Origin: a virus
Virus record (IMG/VR): IMGVR_UViG_3300007734_000755
Location: 1 to 64,000 of that record
Length of the DNA: 64,000 nucleotides
Strand: one strand, 5' to 3'
In this document: piece by piece, positions 1 through 10,382 of the stretch
How positions within the stretch are numbered: the stretch's first letter is position 1
Layout of the letters: each line of letters opens with the position of its first letter
Translations under genes and position numbers: made by a program
The notes under the pieces: model-generated
Told to the model about the DNA's origin: nothing
What the model saw: the letters and a program-made list of their open reading frames with translations, nothing else
The model's database searches: none

Positions 1-105
1 CTCTAGGAAGTTTCGATACCTATCATCCTGTAGGAGGGTGTCTTGAGACTCATTTAGGTAGTGTTTCCACTCCCGCAATATCTTTTTCATATGATTAACT
101 AGTTG

Positions 106-134
106 TTGACGCAGATCAGACTCCACGGTAGACT
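106..134 (+). promoter_or_regulatory. sigma70-type promoter for the peptidase gene
   Basis: TTGACG-17 nt-TAGACT, followed by AGGAG and ATG at 157. Confidence 0.7.
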
Positions 135-156
135 CTTGCTATAGGAGAAAAAAGCG

Positions 157-834
157 ATGAGTGTGAAGAAAATAGCAATATTAGTCTTGATTATGTTTGC
201 GTCCCTGTGTGGAACAAGGACTGCGACGGCAGAGGCAAAACAAAAAATATACTTGTTGCCGCTATCATATGTTGGTGACGGTGAAGTACTCTCTACCCTT
301 GCAAGAGAAATTCCAAAAGTTTATACAAACAGCGAAATCATTCTTCTCAATAAGAGAGATATAGATTGTCTCGAATCAAAAAATGACCACCCGCGCCAAA
401 ATACCTATAGCGGTACGTTGCTACTTTCTAAATGTTTAAAAAAATATGATAACGTAGAAAAAAGTGCTAAGTTATTAGCGATAACATCAGAACAGTTTAC
501 GACAGATAAGTGGTGTGGAAATCGATTTGTTAAGTTTAAGAATATAAACGGGATTGGCCTGATGGGTGGTAAATATGGGATAGTGACAGATTATAGAGTC
601 AAATACGTTTATAAATCTAGTCAAGAACTATCAAGATTATTTTTGCTGAGTGTTACATTACACGAAATAGGACATTTATTTGGGTTGGATCATTGTGATG
701 ATACCCCACTGTGGAAGAAGATAAATTGTTTTATGGTAGGGAAAACTGCTAATTGGAAAACATACTTTGCAGCAGTAAAGATGTTATGTCCTTCGTGTAT
801 AAGAAAGTTACGCTACAGCAGATTGTTGTCCTAG
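157..834 (+). CDS. secreted archaemetzincin-like zinc metallopeptidase (M54-like)
   Basis: N-terminal signal peptide; HEIGHLFGLDHC motif, then CFM and CxxC; the only convincing plus-strand gene. Confidence 0.8.
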   Translation: MSVKKIAILVLIMFASLCGTRTATAEAKQKIYLLPLSYVGDGEVLSTLAREIPKVYTNSEIILLNKRDIDCLESKNDHPRQNTYSGTLLLSKCLKKYDNVEKSAKLLAITSEQFTTDKWCGNRFVKFKNINGIGLMGGKYGIVTDYRVKYVYKSSQELSRLFLLSVTLHEIGHLFGLDHCDDTPLWKKINCFMVGKTANWKTYFAAVKMLCPSCIRKLRYSRLLS

Positions 835-1689
835 TTTATCATTGGCCATAGATGATGCAACACCAATGACATTATTAGATACGTCTGTTCTCTTAAAGAA
901 CTCCTGAGAGTTATCAACCAAGAACCCTTTGTCCCCGCTGCCAATCACAAACACAAAAGCCCCAATCGCGTATGGCCGAATTTCTTCTAGGAATGTGAGA
1001 GGAACGTTAACACACCCATGAGACATATTGCCTCCCGTAACTTTATTGTAGTTTTTCCGAACAAAATTTAAGTATTCCTTGGAAACGGCCTCTTGCGAAA
1101 CACCAGACTTAATCATCTTTTGGATTCTATCAAAATATTCCCGTCTAACAGGCTCCTGATAAAATCCGTGAATTGCTTGAGCAATGGTTTTATCCCCCAA
1201 CTTCAAATAAAAGACGTTGGCAAGGCTTTTCTTTCCGGCGTAATCTGGATTATAGGTATTTTGAGAAATTGAATAAACTCCCTTGGGTAGGAATCTGGTT
1301 TTGTTCTCGTCGAGATATTTCCAAAAGGTGTCCTCGTCTCTTACTGGGTTTTCATTATTATCATAATAACGACTAACCTTTCTGTGAAAACCAAGCTTTC
1401 TCATTATTTGGTCCGTAGACTGTAGGGCCTTTGCAATCATCTCCTCATTGTTAGATTGCGCGTCCTTTCCGTCTATCATTGGGGACTTGAAGACTTTACC
1501 GTCCTTTGCAAATAAATAAATGAGATTATCTCTAGAATCGAGAATAAAGAAGGATTTGCCGCTATAGGCTGGGCGAGCCTTTATAAAAGCTAATTCTTCT
1601 GCGATCCTGGGAGGGATGTTGTTTGATACCAGCGCTTTTTTTATAGTAGTAGTGGGCGGGAGTTGGAGCTGTGGCGGCTTGTGGTACAA
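808..1689 (-). CDS. L,D-transpeptidase (YkuD-like) domain; probably the C-terminal part of a frameshifted gene starting at 1975
   Basis: AIHG...SHGCVNV catalytic His/Cys motif; poor start (TTG inside upstream ORF). Confidence 0.7.
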   Translation of the reverse strand: MYHKPPQLQLPPTTTIKKALVSNNIPPRIAEELAFIKARPAYSGKSFFILDSRDNLIYLFAKDGKVFKSPMIDGKDAQSNNEEMIAKALQSTDQIMRKLGFHRKVSRYYDNNENPVRDEDTFWKYLDENKTRFLPKGVYSISQNTYNPDYAGKKSLANVFYLKLGDKTIAQAIHGFYQEPVRREYFDRIQKMIKSGVSQEAVSKEYLNFVRKNYNKVTGGNMSHGCVNVPLTFLEEIRPYAIGAFVFVIGSGDKGFLVDNSQEFFKRTDVSNNVIGVASSMANDKLGQQSAVA

Positions 1690-1975
1690 CAGGTGTCTTG
1701 GTGGGGACAGAGTTAATCACCTTCTGTGTAGTGTTGTCAATTATTCCGGTGGCCGTAAGCTTTGAGGCTCTCTGAAGATCCGCGATAGCCTTCTTTGTTA
1801 GTGGACCAAACCACCCAGTCGGAGCCCCTATTCTCAGGAACTTCTTGTCAATTAACGCCTTTTGAAGAGCCTTGACTGGCTCACCTCTGTCATTATATTT
1901 GGGAAAGGCGGCGGCCTGCTCGGTCAGGAGGTTCTGCAACTCCTCGAGGATTATTGATTTCAAATTAAGCTTCAT
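1562..1975 (-). CDS. peptidoglycan-binding domain protein (N-terminal part), frameshifted relative to 808..1689
   Basis: DRGEPVKALQKAL...TGWFGPLTKKAIADLQ...LTATGIID is PG_binding_1-like, followed by a Pro/Thr/Ala linker. Confidence 0.7.
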   Translation of the reverse strand: MKLNLKSIILEELQNLLTEQAAAFPKYNDRGEPVKALQKALIDKKFLRIGAPTGWFGPLTKKAIADLQRASKLTATGIIDNTTQKVINSVPTKTPVVPQAATAPTPAHYYYKKSAGIKQHPSQDRRRISFYKGSPSL

Positions 1976-1985
1976 GTTGGGTTTC

Positions 1986-3042
1986 CTATGCAATAGATTT
2001 GGCTTGCGGCCGGTTAGATTTCACTGTAGATATCATGTCTGGGTAAATAGACTTGTCCCGTAGAGCTTGCTTGAGAACGGACAAGACCCAACCATTTAGA
2101 ACTTTTCCTGATTTGTTGATCTGACTAAGATTATTAAACAAATCATCATAATCCTGTGAGGTGGCATGAGACAGGAGTTTCATAAGATAATCTACGTTTG
2201 AAAGATTGTTTTGCGCTGAGTTGGGAGACAGTCCAATAACATCGCCATATTTCTTTGCTAGAGAGGCATACCAAAATTTAATTGGACGATAATATCTTTG
2301 TTGAGCCTCCTCTCTGGCAAGACAGTAAGCGAAGACCTTGTTTCCTCCACTTCCATATGACAAATTCATTAATATATCATAATCCTTTGGCTCCATTTGT
2401 TTTTTTAGAAGTTTGGCCACAACAATGCCTAGGTCGGAGATCTCCTGATAAATATTCTTGGGGGTCCCAACGGCAAAACTGGGACCAATTTCTCGTCCTC
2501 TCCTCTTGGCAATAAGAGCTTCTGTCTCTGCATTAATTCTAGATTCATTTGGACCATCATTTATCCAATGACCCAATTCGTGGACAATTGTATTTATTGG
2601 GTTAGTTTTTTTTGCGCGGATAAGCCTAAAATCTATAGAGAGTTTATTTTGATAGAACAGCCCATAGTACTTCCCCCTAAGATCAGCACTAAAAATGTTC
2701 AATTTCGTTCCCCCCTTAAGAAGATGGGCCATGGGAGGAAGGACATCCCTTCTTACTAACTGGGCATCTCCGACAACCTTCTTCCACCCACCAGGGAAAT
2801 ATTCTTCTGGATATAATGCATTAAGATAGTCATCCACATCAACCGAGATGGATGAACCAAGAGGCATCAATTCAAGAGACTTAAGCTTGTCCAGTATAGT
2901 CTTGTCGAACGGTATATTAGCGAATAGGCCAAAACTATCCTGCTTTATGTTCTTATTGGGAGCCACAGTGGGAGTTGCATCACCAGGAAGATCAACTTGT
3001 TCTGTAAGGAACCTTTCTCCAACTATTAAGTATGGTATTCAT
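1986..3042 (-). CDS. HExxH zinc metallopeptidase-like protein; likely true start 3042 with one extra base at 3012
   Basis: TIVHELGH motif; ATG 3042 gives MNTILNSWRK, which continues FLTEQ into the 1986..2966 frame after a +1 shift. Confidence 0.6.
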
Positions 3043-3043
3043 C

Positions 3044-3178
3044 TCAATAAATAGTCTGTAGTTCTGTTATATCTGGACCTCTATCATCGTATTTAAGCTC
3101 TGTGGAGCCAGAATCATATTGTTCAGCGAGAACCGTTCGTAGTTCCTGGAGAATCATTTCTCTTAGTATATTGTTCAT
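3044..3178 (-). pseudogene. 44-codon truncated paralog of the PG-binding protein N-terminus
   Basis: MNNILREMILQELRTVLAEQ...LKYDDRGPDITELQTIY-stop parallels MKLNLKSIILEELQNLLTEQ...KYNDRGEPVKALQ; RBS AAGGA upstream. Confidence 0.55.
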
Positions 3179-3206
3179 TTATCTTTCCTTTTATATTGGT
3201 GAGTCT

Positions 3207-3605
3207 CTAATCTCGACCCTGAGCATAGGGATCAAATCCACTAGCCTTCAGGAGGGACGCTATATCTCCACCCCTTCCAACTATTGAAAGCATAATACGA
3301 GCATCACCAGCGGTTTCCTTTCCTCCGGCTACTGTCTGTGCTATTCTAGAAACATTATATCTGGTAATCGATGGTATTCTCGACTCGCGAGAATTTTGTA
3401 CATTCTGGAGTAGCTGACGATATAGAGAGGGATCACTCCTTAACTTATCTCCCCAGGCCTTTAGCTCAGCTAGATTTTGTGTATCATCCCTCTCTCGCTG
3501 TGTCGTATTATTTTTGACACCAGGATTATCTCCATCTTCTTGTTCGACTAGAATTTTTTGTAACTCTTCCAATACTAGTTTTCTTATTGCTCTATTATTG
3601 ATCAT
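3207..3605 (-). CDS. hypothetical protein with IRKLVLEELQKILVEQ N-terminal leader
   Basis: ORF with GGAGG upstream and CTATTTA motif at 3633-3639. Confidence 0.7.
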   Translation of the reverse strand: MINNRAIRKLVLEELQKILVEQEDGDNPGVKNNTTQRERDDTQNLAELKAWGDKLRSDPSLYRQLLQNVQNSRESRIPSITRYNVSRIAQTVAGGKETAGDARIMLSIVGRGGDIASLLKASGFDPYAQGRD

Positions 3606-4490
3606 GTTCCTATACCCTCCGTTGTGTACCAATAAATAGGTTATAACTATACAAAAAAACTCAAATCTGTAAAAAATAGCTATCCGTTGAATGAGGACTT
3701 AGTCCATTCCTTCATGCTCATATTATCATACTGTAACATAACTTCCGGGAATTATTACTCGAGGGAGGAGTAGGGGGAGGGGGTATGGTTTCAACGGGTT
3801 GCAAGCGATTGAAACTGTTAGAGAAAAAAGACCTTTGGTTTCGACAGGCATTACTTCGTGCGCCTATTGGTGTATTGTTGTATGGGATAATAACTAATGA
3901 ACCATCGGATTGAATTACTCGTTGTGTGAAGCGGCTGGTATCATTGGAGTATTGATAGTCGTAAACGGCTATACAACTAGCGTGTTGTATTGTGCCCGAC
4001 TATAACCCTATTAGCATAAAGTATCAATCCCTCGCTCTGTATGAGGAGAGAGATATACAATAGCCTATACGCCCAGCCAGGTTACGGGATAGCGTAGTGA
4101 GTACCCATGGTGTACCTGTTGGGGTATTGACCTATGGACATCCAGGTGTTATACTAACCAATCATATCCACTCACAGAGAATATACCTAGCCGTGTATGA
4201 TACTCAGCCCAGCATTGTCGTTGGGTATAGAGTAGTTGCATCAGTAAGTAATGGGGTAGGTATCCAGCGGGTACTGAGTCCACCGGGATGTATTCACTTT
4301 CTCTCTGGTGTCTGATAGAACATTCTTCTACGAATTCCGATAGGTATCATAAAACGCATTGTTCTTCACTATCGGATAGTTGACTCGTTTTCGTCTGGTG
4401 TTAGATAGAACTATACTTGACTGGCTCTATTGAATGACTATATCTATCTGCTAATACTGTGGCATGGTCTTCTTCTCCGCTTATGGTTCA

Positions 4491-4519
4491 ATGATATCAG
4501 GTAGTAGGTTTGTTGTCAA
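4491..4519 (-). promoter_or_regulatory. sigma70-type promoter
   Basis: TTGACA-17-TATCAT, AT-rich upstream. Confidence 0.6.
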
Positions 4520-4993
4520 CCATGCGTTTTATTGCATTTTTTAACGATTTTACAGGTAAAATAATATTGGACTAAGTTGGCTGTTTATCTACCTATTTCC
4601 TCTCCACTATTATGTCCGTTCTACACCGACAATAAAGCAGACAATCAAGGACTTCCCTATTACACCCATACCTCCTCTCGCTAACCTACCGACTGCATTG
4701 TCTTAAGTCGTTTATACCACTGGTATAATACACTCTATTATGACTATATTGGGGTTGGGATTATTCCTCTCCATCCAACCAGTTATACCAACCAATCATA
4801 AGGGAAAGGATTGTTAGGAGTATAAGACTAACCTGATGTTCCACCATAAGGATTGTTAGTGTCCATACCATGTAGATTACAATGGCTAAGCCCAGATGGT
4901 TATGATTCATTTACGAGTTATTACTTCTAGGAATCCCGTTGTTGCAATGAGGAGTAGATACATAACTCTATTGTCACTGAGATTACCCATACT

Positions 4994-5227
4994 CTATCTT
5001 CTCCCGCCAAATAATACTCCGTGAAACCACCCACCTATTCTATTAATTAGAAAGAATAGATATAGGGGGAATATCATGGGCCATAACATGGCGTCAATAG
5101 TGGCATTTATATTTGCCTGTTCTCTACCGAAGTTATCCCCTGCCGCACGGAGTCTTATCTCATAGGAGATAACATAGGTTATCATGGCCACTATTGGGTA
5201 TGATAGTGTGAGTAGGAAGGATAACAT
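4994..5227 (-). CDS. small membrane protein
   Basis: two hydrophobic segments; RBS GGAG. Confidence 0.6.
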   Translation of the reverse strand: MLSFLLTLSYPIVAMITYVISYEIRLRAAGDNFGREQANINATIDAMLWPMIFPLYLFFLINRIGGWFHGVLFGGRR

Positions 5228-5244
5228 GGAGTCTCTCCTAGTCT

Positions 5245-6511
5245 CTAACTGTCCAGAATGGATAATGCGTTAGAGATATAAATAGGTTCGAGTGCTCCTG
5301 TTTTCCTTAGCTTATTTGCGAATCTACAGGCTGCGACTTCACTGTAGAATATCCCATGGATACCGTCGTTGCCAGCGACATTGATGGGGCCGAATACAAT
5401 ATAGACTTCCCTAGGTTCGTCCTCACCATCAAACCATCTGATTAGATTGGTAAACTTCTCTACAAGGTAATTCCACATTATTATTCCTCTACTTCCCATG
5501 GGAAATAGTGAGGGTAATCATTGAACTGATCGCCCTCGGCAATACAAACAGAATCATAGATGTTTGTTCCCTGCATGTAGGTTGCGATATCCACGGCTGT
5601 TTGTCTATCCGTGCAACCACCTGCCCACGTTGTATGACCCTGAATGGTTGCAAGAACTGTCCAGTAATTCTGGACTGTTGTTGAAGACCGCGACATTATT
5701 CCACCATTCCTTCCTGTTCGCATTCCGCTCTATCTGCGTCACGAGAACAGCCGCAGGTTTCGCAAGTTCCACCACAGGTGCTAAACTGTTGAGATTCCCC
5801 AGACTCTTCAAATGCGGAGAATTCCGCTCTAATTTGTTCTAGGAGATATGCCTCTAGTTGAGGCTCAAGCCCAAATTCTTGAGCCACAAGCCATACAGCC
5901 TCGGTATCAACGAAGAATTGATCATCAATTCCAAGCTGTTCATCCACGGTAGCATCTACCGATTCATCCATATATCTTTTTGCCAAATCCTTCAAATCTC
6001 TAGCCAGTAATTCTACCCGTTCCTTCGTATCCCGAACTTCTTCCATGATTTTCCTCCGTTGTGATTGGTGAGCTAACTATAGCAGTTGCCAGGGTTTATG
6101 TCAAGATGGTTTAACAAGCCAATCTTCCAGTGGCTTTTCTGGGTGGAGAAATATATCAATAAATTCCTCCGCTTCCGATTTATCCCTAAAGGGCATAATC
6201 TCTTCATCATCATGTTCCACAAATCCGAAGTGTGCGTAATAGCCACAGAATTCTTCGCTAACCTGTGCGCTGACATAGCCGAACCTCGTTCTTTCCTTCA
6301 TCTATTCCTCCGAGGGAATGGTCGGATCCAATTCCGTCTCCGTTACCTCAATAAGGAATGGAGCATATCTGTCCGTATTCCAAGCCCTCTTAAGCATGGA
6401 GGCGAATCTTGTTGCCGTATCCCTATCAGAGAATACACCACGGATTTGCGTGGGATTCAACTCCTCCTGCTTCCATATAACTGTTGAAGTTACCACCCAA
6501 ACAATGTTCAT
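5245..6511 (-). CDS. run of small hypothetical proteins (5245..5499, 5481..5723, 5696..6046, 6101..6301, 6302..6511)
   Basis: abutting minus-strand ORFs with RBS-like purine tracts; no recognisable domains. Confidence 0.55.
6076..6104 (-). promoter_or_regulatory. sigma70-type promoter
   Basis: TTGACA-17-TATAGT with TG extension. Confidence 0.75.
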
Positions 6512-6690
6512 CTATTCCTCGTCCCGATTATGTTGTCTACAGAACTCCCTAGAATCCCTTTTCCTTTGGTCATCATGGCGGCCACCCTTACGGAACCGCA
6601 AACCAGTAACGTAAGGATTTCTTGGCCTTTTAAGTTTTACAATGAGTCTCACTGTACGCGCCATGATTTATTATCTCCACGAGTTATATA

Positions 6691-7137
6691 TTACTTGCGA
6701 GTAACAGTAATGGATTTAACTAGTTCAATCTTGACCTCAATCTCCTGGAAAACTCTAATGTCTTCCGGCTTAGTTCCATCCGCAACGAGACCCTCAACCT
6801 CAATAACGGCATCCTCAAAGGAATCATAGACTTCCGCTTCGACCATCCATCCCTCGGAAGAAACAATGAATCCGGGCTTAAATTCCCGATTGGGATTATT
6901 AACGCTACCAACTTGACGATGGATTTCCTCGTGTTGGTTTGCACCCTCAACCGTAAGAAACATTTCGTGATTTCTTTGGAGTTCCATTCTCCAATCAAGC
7001 AATTCCTTATCCGTAAAGCGGAATGTTTGATCAAGTGCCCGAACTTGAACGGCTTTTTCTACATAACCAACGACTGTACCAATAACGAAGTTTCCCAACT
7101 TCTGTAATCTAACTGCGACCTTATCTCCCAACTTCAT
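6691..7137 (-). CDS. hypothetical protein
   Basis: 148-aa ORF with AGGAG RBS. Confidence 0.65.
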   Translation of the reverse strand: MKLGDKVAVRLQKLGNFVIGTVVGYVEKAVQVRALDQTFRFTDKELLDWRMELQRNHEMFLTVEGANQHEEIHRQVGSVNNPNREFKPGFIVSSEGWMVEAEVYDSFEDAVIEVEGLVADGTKPEDIRVFQEIEVKIELVKSITVTRK

Positions 7138-7567
7138 TTGTGTCTCCTGTTATATGTTTGATGAGCCTAACTTAGCGAATCCAGCCCTGTTTTTCAAGTT
7201 CTAGAACCATTCTCTTGTATTCTCCCCGATTCCATTTGTCGATTTTCAATCGACATTTGCGCTTCTCCGGGGAAAAGCCAAACAAAGCCTCTGGTATTCT
7301 CTCCTGAGAAATATCAAATAGCTTCTGTTCCTGCGTTGTTTTGTTTCTGAATAGGAATTTCATTGTTGTTCCTCGTACTTGCTGAAAGGGCACCACAAAG
7401 CATGGCGCAAGTCATTGAACAGAATATTCTATTCTCAAAGTTATCATCTACCTCGATTTCTTGGTGATTTCGGTTGGTGTCCTGTTGAGTGAAATGTATT
7501 CTCCTTTCGGAACACCTTGGATTTGCACACAGAATTCGCTTCATAGATAGCTCCTTGTTATTCTTAG

Positions 7568-7640
7568 CGCCAAGAGGCGGAGTTGAACCGCCGACGCCGG
7601 GATTTTCAGTCCCGCGCTCTACCAACTGAGCTATCTTGGC
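7568..7640 (-). tRNA. tRNA-Phe(GAA)
   Basis: cloverleaf; anticodon loop CTGAAAA; T loop TTCAACT. Confidence 0.95.
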
Positions 7641-7789
7641 ATTATCATTGGAATTTCGCTACACTCGCATACAATACCTCTTCTCTTATCAGTATTTGAA
7701 GCCGCCTGTTTCAGTACCCAACCACAATGATAGCAGACGTAGGGTTTCCCGACAACTAGCCATTTCTTATGGTTTCTGCTCATTTATCT

Positions 7790-8092
7790 CTATCGCATGA
7801 TATACCATGCTTGGTTATACGGGCAATCTAGTGAATTACAATCGGTTTGGTCAAACCCGTGACTCTCAACGAGAATGCGACAGGCCATAACTGTTCGCAT
7901 ACCGTGATATGAAACTAGATCACTAGTCCAATAACAACCCTCTGGCAATTCCTCTCCAGAACTAACCTTGTCGAGCCATTCCTTTGTAGTTGGCAATCTA
8001 TAGCCGTCAGGAGCATTATCCCTCGCCGCAAACCAATCAGGCGAGCAATTATCGCTTGGCTTATGCACCCATCTATCGAACTTAACTGACAT
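7790..8092 (-). CDS. hypothetical protein with GYRLPTxxEW motif (FGE-sulfatase/DUF1566-like fragment)
   Basis: PDGYRLPTTKEW...YWTS. Confidence 0.55.
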   Translation of the reverse strand: MSVKFDRWVHKPSDNCSPDWFAARDNAPDGYRLPTTKEWLDKVSSGEELPEGCYWTSDLVSYHGMRTVMACRILVESHGFDQTDCNSLDCPYNQAWYIMR

Positions 8093-8120
8093 TTGTAACC
8101 TCTTGTAACTTATTGTTTAG

Positions 8121-8191
8121 CTCTCCCAAGTAGAATCGAACTACTATCATGCGGTTAACAGCCGCGCGCTCTACCATTGAGCTATAGGAGA
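8121..8191 (-). tRNA. tRNA-Asn(GTT)
   Basis: cloverleaf; anticodon loop CTGTTAA. Confidence 0.92.
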
Positions 8192-8291
8192 AAATACTTG
8201 TCAACAGCAGGACTTACACAGTTCCAGCTAACCATCCGAAACTAGCGCCTAATACCAGTGGGTTCGTGGTTGCTGTTGCTCAAGTTGGATA

Positions 8292-8320
8292 ACTATAGCA
8301 GAGACAAGGATTTATGTCAA
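8292..8320 (-). promoter_or_regulatory. sigma70-type promoter
   Basis: TTGACA-17-TATAGT. Confidence 0.75.
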
Positions 8321-8523
8321 TCATGCCATAGATTATGGATTTGTTAGGGTTTAGCTTCCGCAAGCATGGGTACAACTAATGACATTTCCTCAATGTCGAA
8401 GTGATCATAATCGTTAGAAGTGTACAAGTTACCAATTTCATTTTCGGCGTCTATCCGTGAAGTGAAAACCTTGCGACTTGCAAGGTGTCTCCCCCATCTA
8501 TCGACAATAATATAGCAAGTCAT

Positions 8524-8969
8524 TTATCTCTCCTCGTCGTTGTTATCGTTGATAATGTGGTAGATTTCGTTCTTAATCACAGTCTCCCAGAGAATATTAA
8601 GAATGAATAGGCAAACGTAGCCTGCGCCGAGATAGCGATAGAAGTCAGGGAACCGCTGATTCATCCATCCGTAGAGAAGAATATTAACAACGCAGCCAAC
8701 AAAGAGACAGCAAACGATATTCACAACTCTTAGAAACTTCATATCTAACCGCCCTCGGCCATACAGGCTCTAAGTCGGGCCATTGCCAAACTAATGGCCT
8801 GACCCTCAGTAAACGTGCTAAGCATTATGTTTCCAGTCGATTCAGTTGGCCCCTCGATAACATACTTGATTTGCCCGAGAAACTTGGTTTCTGTCACCGT
8901 AACCGCGCCCTTATAGGATAAACTCCTGAAAATCTCTCGCCTTTCGCAGGTGCAATCGCGCATACACAT
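8524..8969 (-). CDS. two small hypothetical proteins (8524..8742 membrane; 8745..8969)
   Basis: abutting ORFs; the first has two hydrophobic helices. Confidence 0.5.
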
Positions 8970-9097
8970 ATTTCACCTCAGTTATTGTCAATTGTATTGG
9001 GCACGCCAAGCACAACCACCTAGAATCTTTCGCTTCTTAGCAGTCAGAACCCACTGTTTCTTGTTCCGCTTAATCATATTTCACCTTATTTGTTGTT

Positions 9098-9418
9098 CTA
9101 TTTCCGCCAGATTTTTTTCCAATGTTCATGCCAAGTTTTACCACGGAAGCCCATTTCGTTTGAGCCATCCTGTTCAAGTGGTTCAACCCAAAGGTGTTTC
9201 CCGTCCTTGGGAAATGTCCAAACGTCGGATGCTTCTCGAAGCAGAGGCAATTCCGCTTGAAGTTCAAGAAGTTCCGATTCATCGCGGGTTTTTGCCATAG
9301 ATTTCAACTGGTTCTTGACCCGTTTTCGCAGAGAACGATTAGCCTTTGTCTTTCCGGGTTTATCCGACATGCTACAGGAATTTCCTGTGATTGGAATCTT
9401 CTTGCGACTTCTGCTCAT
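9098..9418 (-). CDS. basic hypothetical phage protein (MSRSRKK...DVWTFPKDGK)
   Basis: AGGAG RBS before ATG 9418. Confidence 0.65.
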   Translation of the reverse strand: MSRSRKKIPITGNSCSMSDKPGKTKANRSLRKRVKNQLKSMAKTRDESELLELQAELPLLREASDVWTFPKDGKHLWVEPLEQDGSNEMGFRGKTWHEHWKKIWRK

Positions 9419-9582
9419 TTCAACTTCTCCTATACAGTAACTATTACAACCATTTGTGAACCGCAACCGAAAGAGCTGCAATCAAAGGGAGTAAGCATAT
9501 CGAACCAAACATCATGTCGTTTGCAGACATAGGAACCTCTTAATTTTATTGTTGTGTGTTGTTGTGGAAATCTAACTGATTC

Positions 9583-10030
9583 CTATCGGGAAATTCTCAC
9601 CGAGCAAACAGCATCAATGTCAAAGCCAATGGGTTTGCGCGACTGAAGTCTTTTCAACTCCTCGCGTTCTTGTCTCTTTTCCTCAATGGAATTCTTCGCA
9701 TGTTGGCTAATAGCCTGTGACCATTCAGAAACTTCCTTCTTGATAAAACTCGTACCCTTACGGAGGGGATTAAAACCAATAGCCATTTGAAACCTCTCGT
9801 TAATTCAGTAAGTTAGCCGAGTAGAGAATTTCTCCACAGACACCCTCAGTTAGCTTAACACTACCCTGCGAGACAAGGCTAAGAATGCCAAAGCAAAATT
9901 GTAATTCCTGGGTAGTCTTGGCATTCAATGTTTCCTTGGTCAATCGTGCATACAGTACATCGTGAGCCGAGTACCATAACGTGGGGGACAATTCGTTCTC
10001 GAGCAATGTATCTTCGATTGTATTGGGCAT
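9583..10030 (-). CDS. two small hypothetical proteins (9583..9786, 9800..10030)
   Basis: ORFs with GAGG/AGGAG RBS. Confidence 0.55.
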
Positions 10031-10055
10031 GACATTCTCCTTTTGTTTCTATTAG

Positions 10056-10130
10056 TTGCGGAAGCAGGATTTGAACCTGCGACCTCTTGGTTATGAGCCA
10101 AGCGAGCTGACCTTACTGCTCTATCCCGCA
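10056..10130 (-). tRNA. tRNA-Met(CAT), initiator-like
   Basis: anticodon loop CTCATAA; A11:U24 pair and TTCAAAT T loop as in fMet tRNAs, but only two G-C pairs at the base of the anticodon stem. Confidence 0.9.
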
Positions 10131-10302
10131 ATCGTATCTCTGTGTAACTACTATCGTTAGTGCCTATTTTCCTTAAGTAAATACTTCCACCTACTAAATA
10201 AGCAAACTCGGCTGGCCCCTAGCCTTTCTATTCATTCAACGGACGAGAACCATGAGGATTAGGCTAACAACCCAATGGACGATAACTCGTTGAAACGATT
10301 AG

Positions 10303-10382
10303 TCGCGCCAATCGGATTTGCACCGACATCTTGAAGCTGGTATTGCTTCACGTTTTACTTTGTGTAGTTAAACTATGGCACA
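10303..10382 (-). ncRNA. non-canonical tRNA-like RNA
   Basis: acceptor TGTGCCA/TGGCGCG, D stem GTTT/AAAC with 14-nt loop, TGAAGC-AATACCA-GCTTCA arm, T arm GTCGG-TGCAAAT-CCGAT. Confidence 0.6.
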
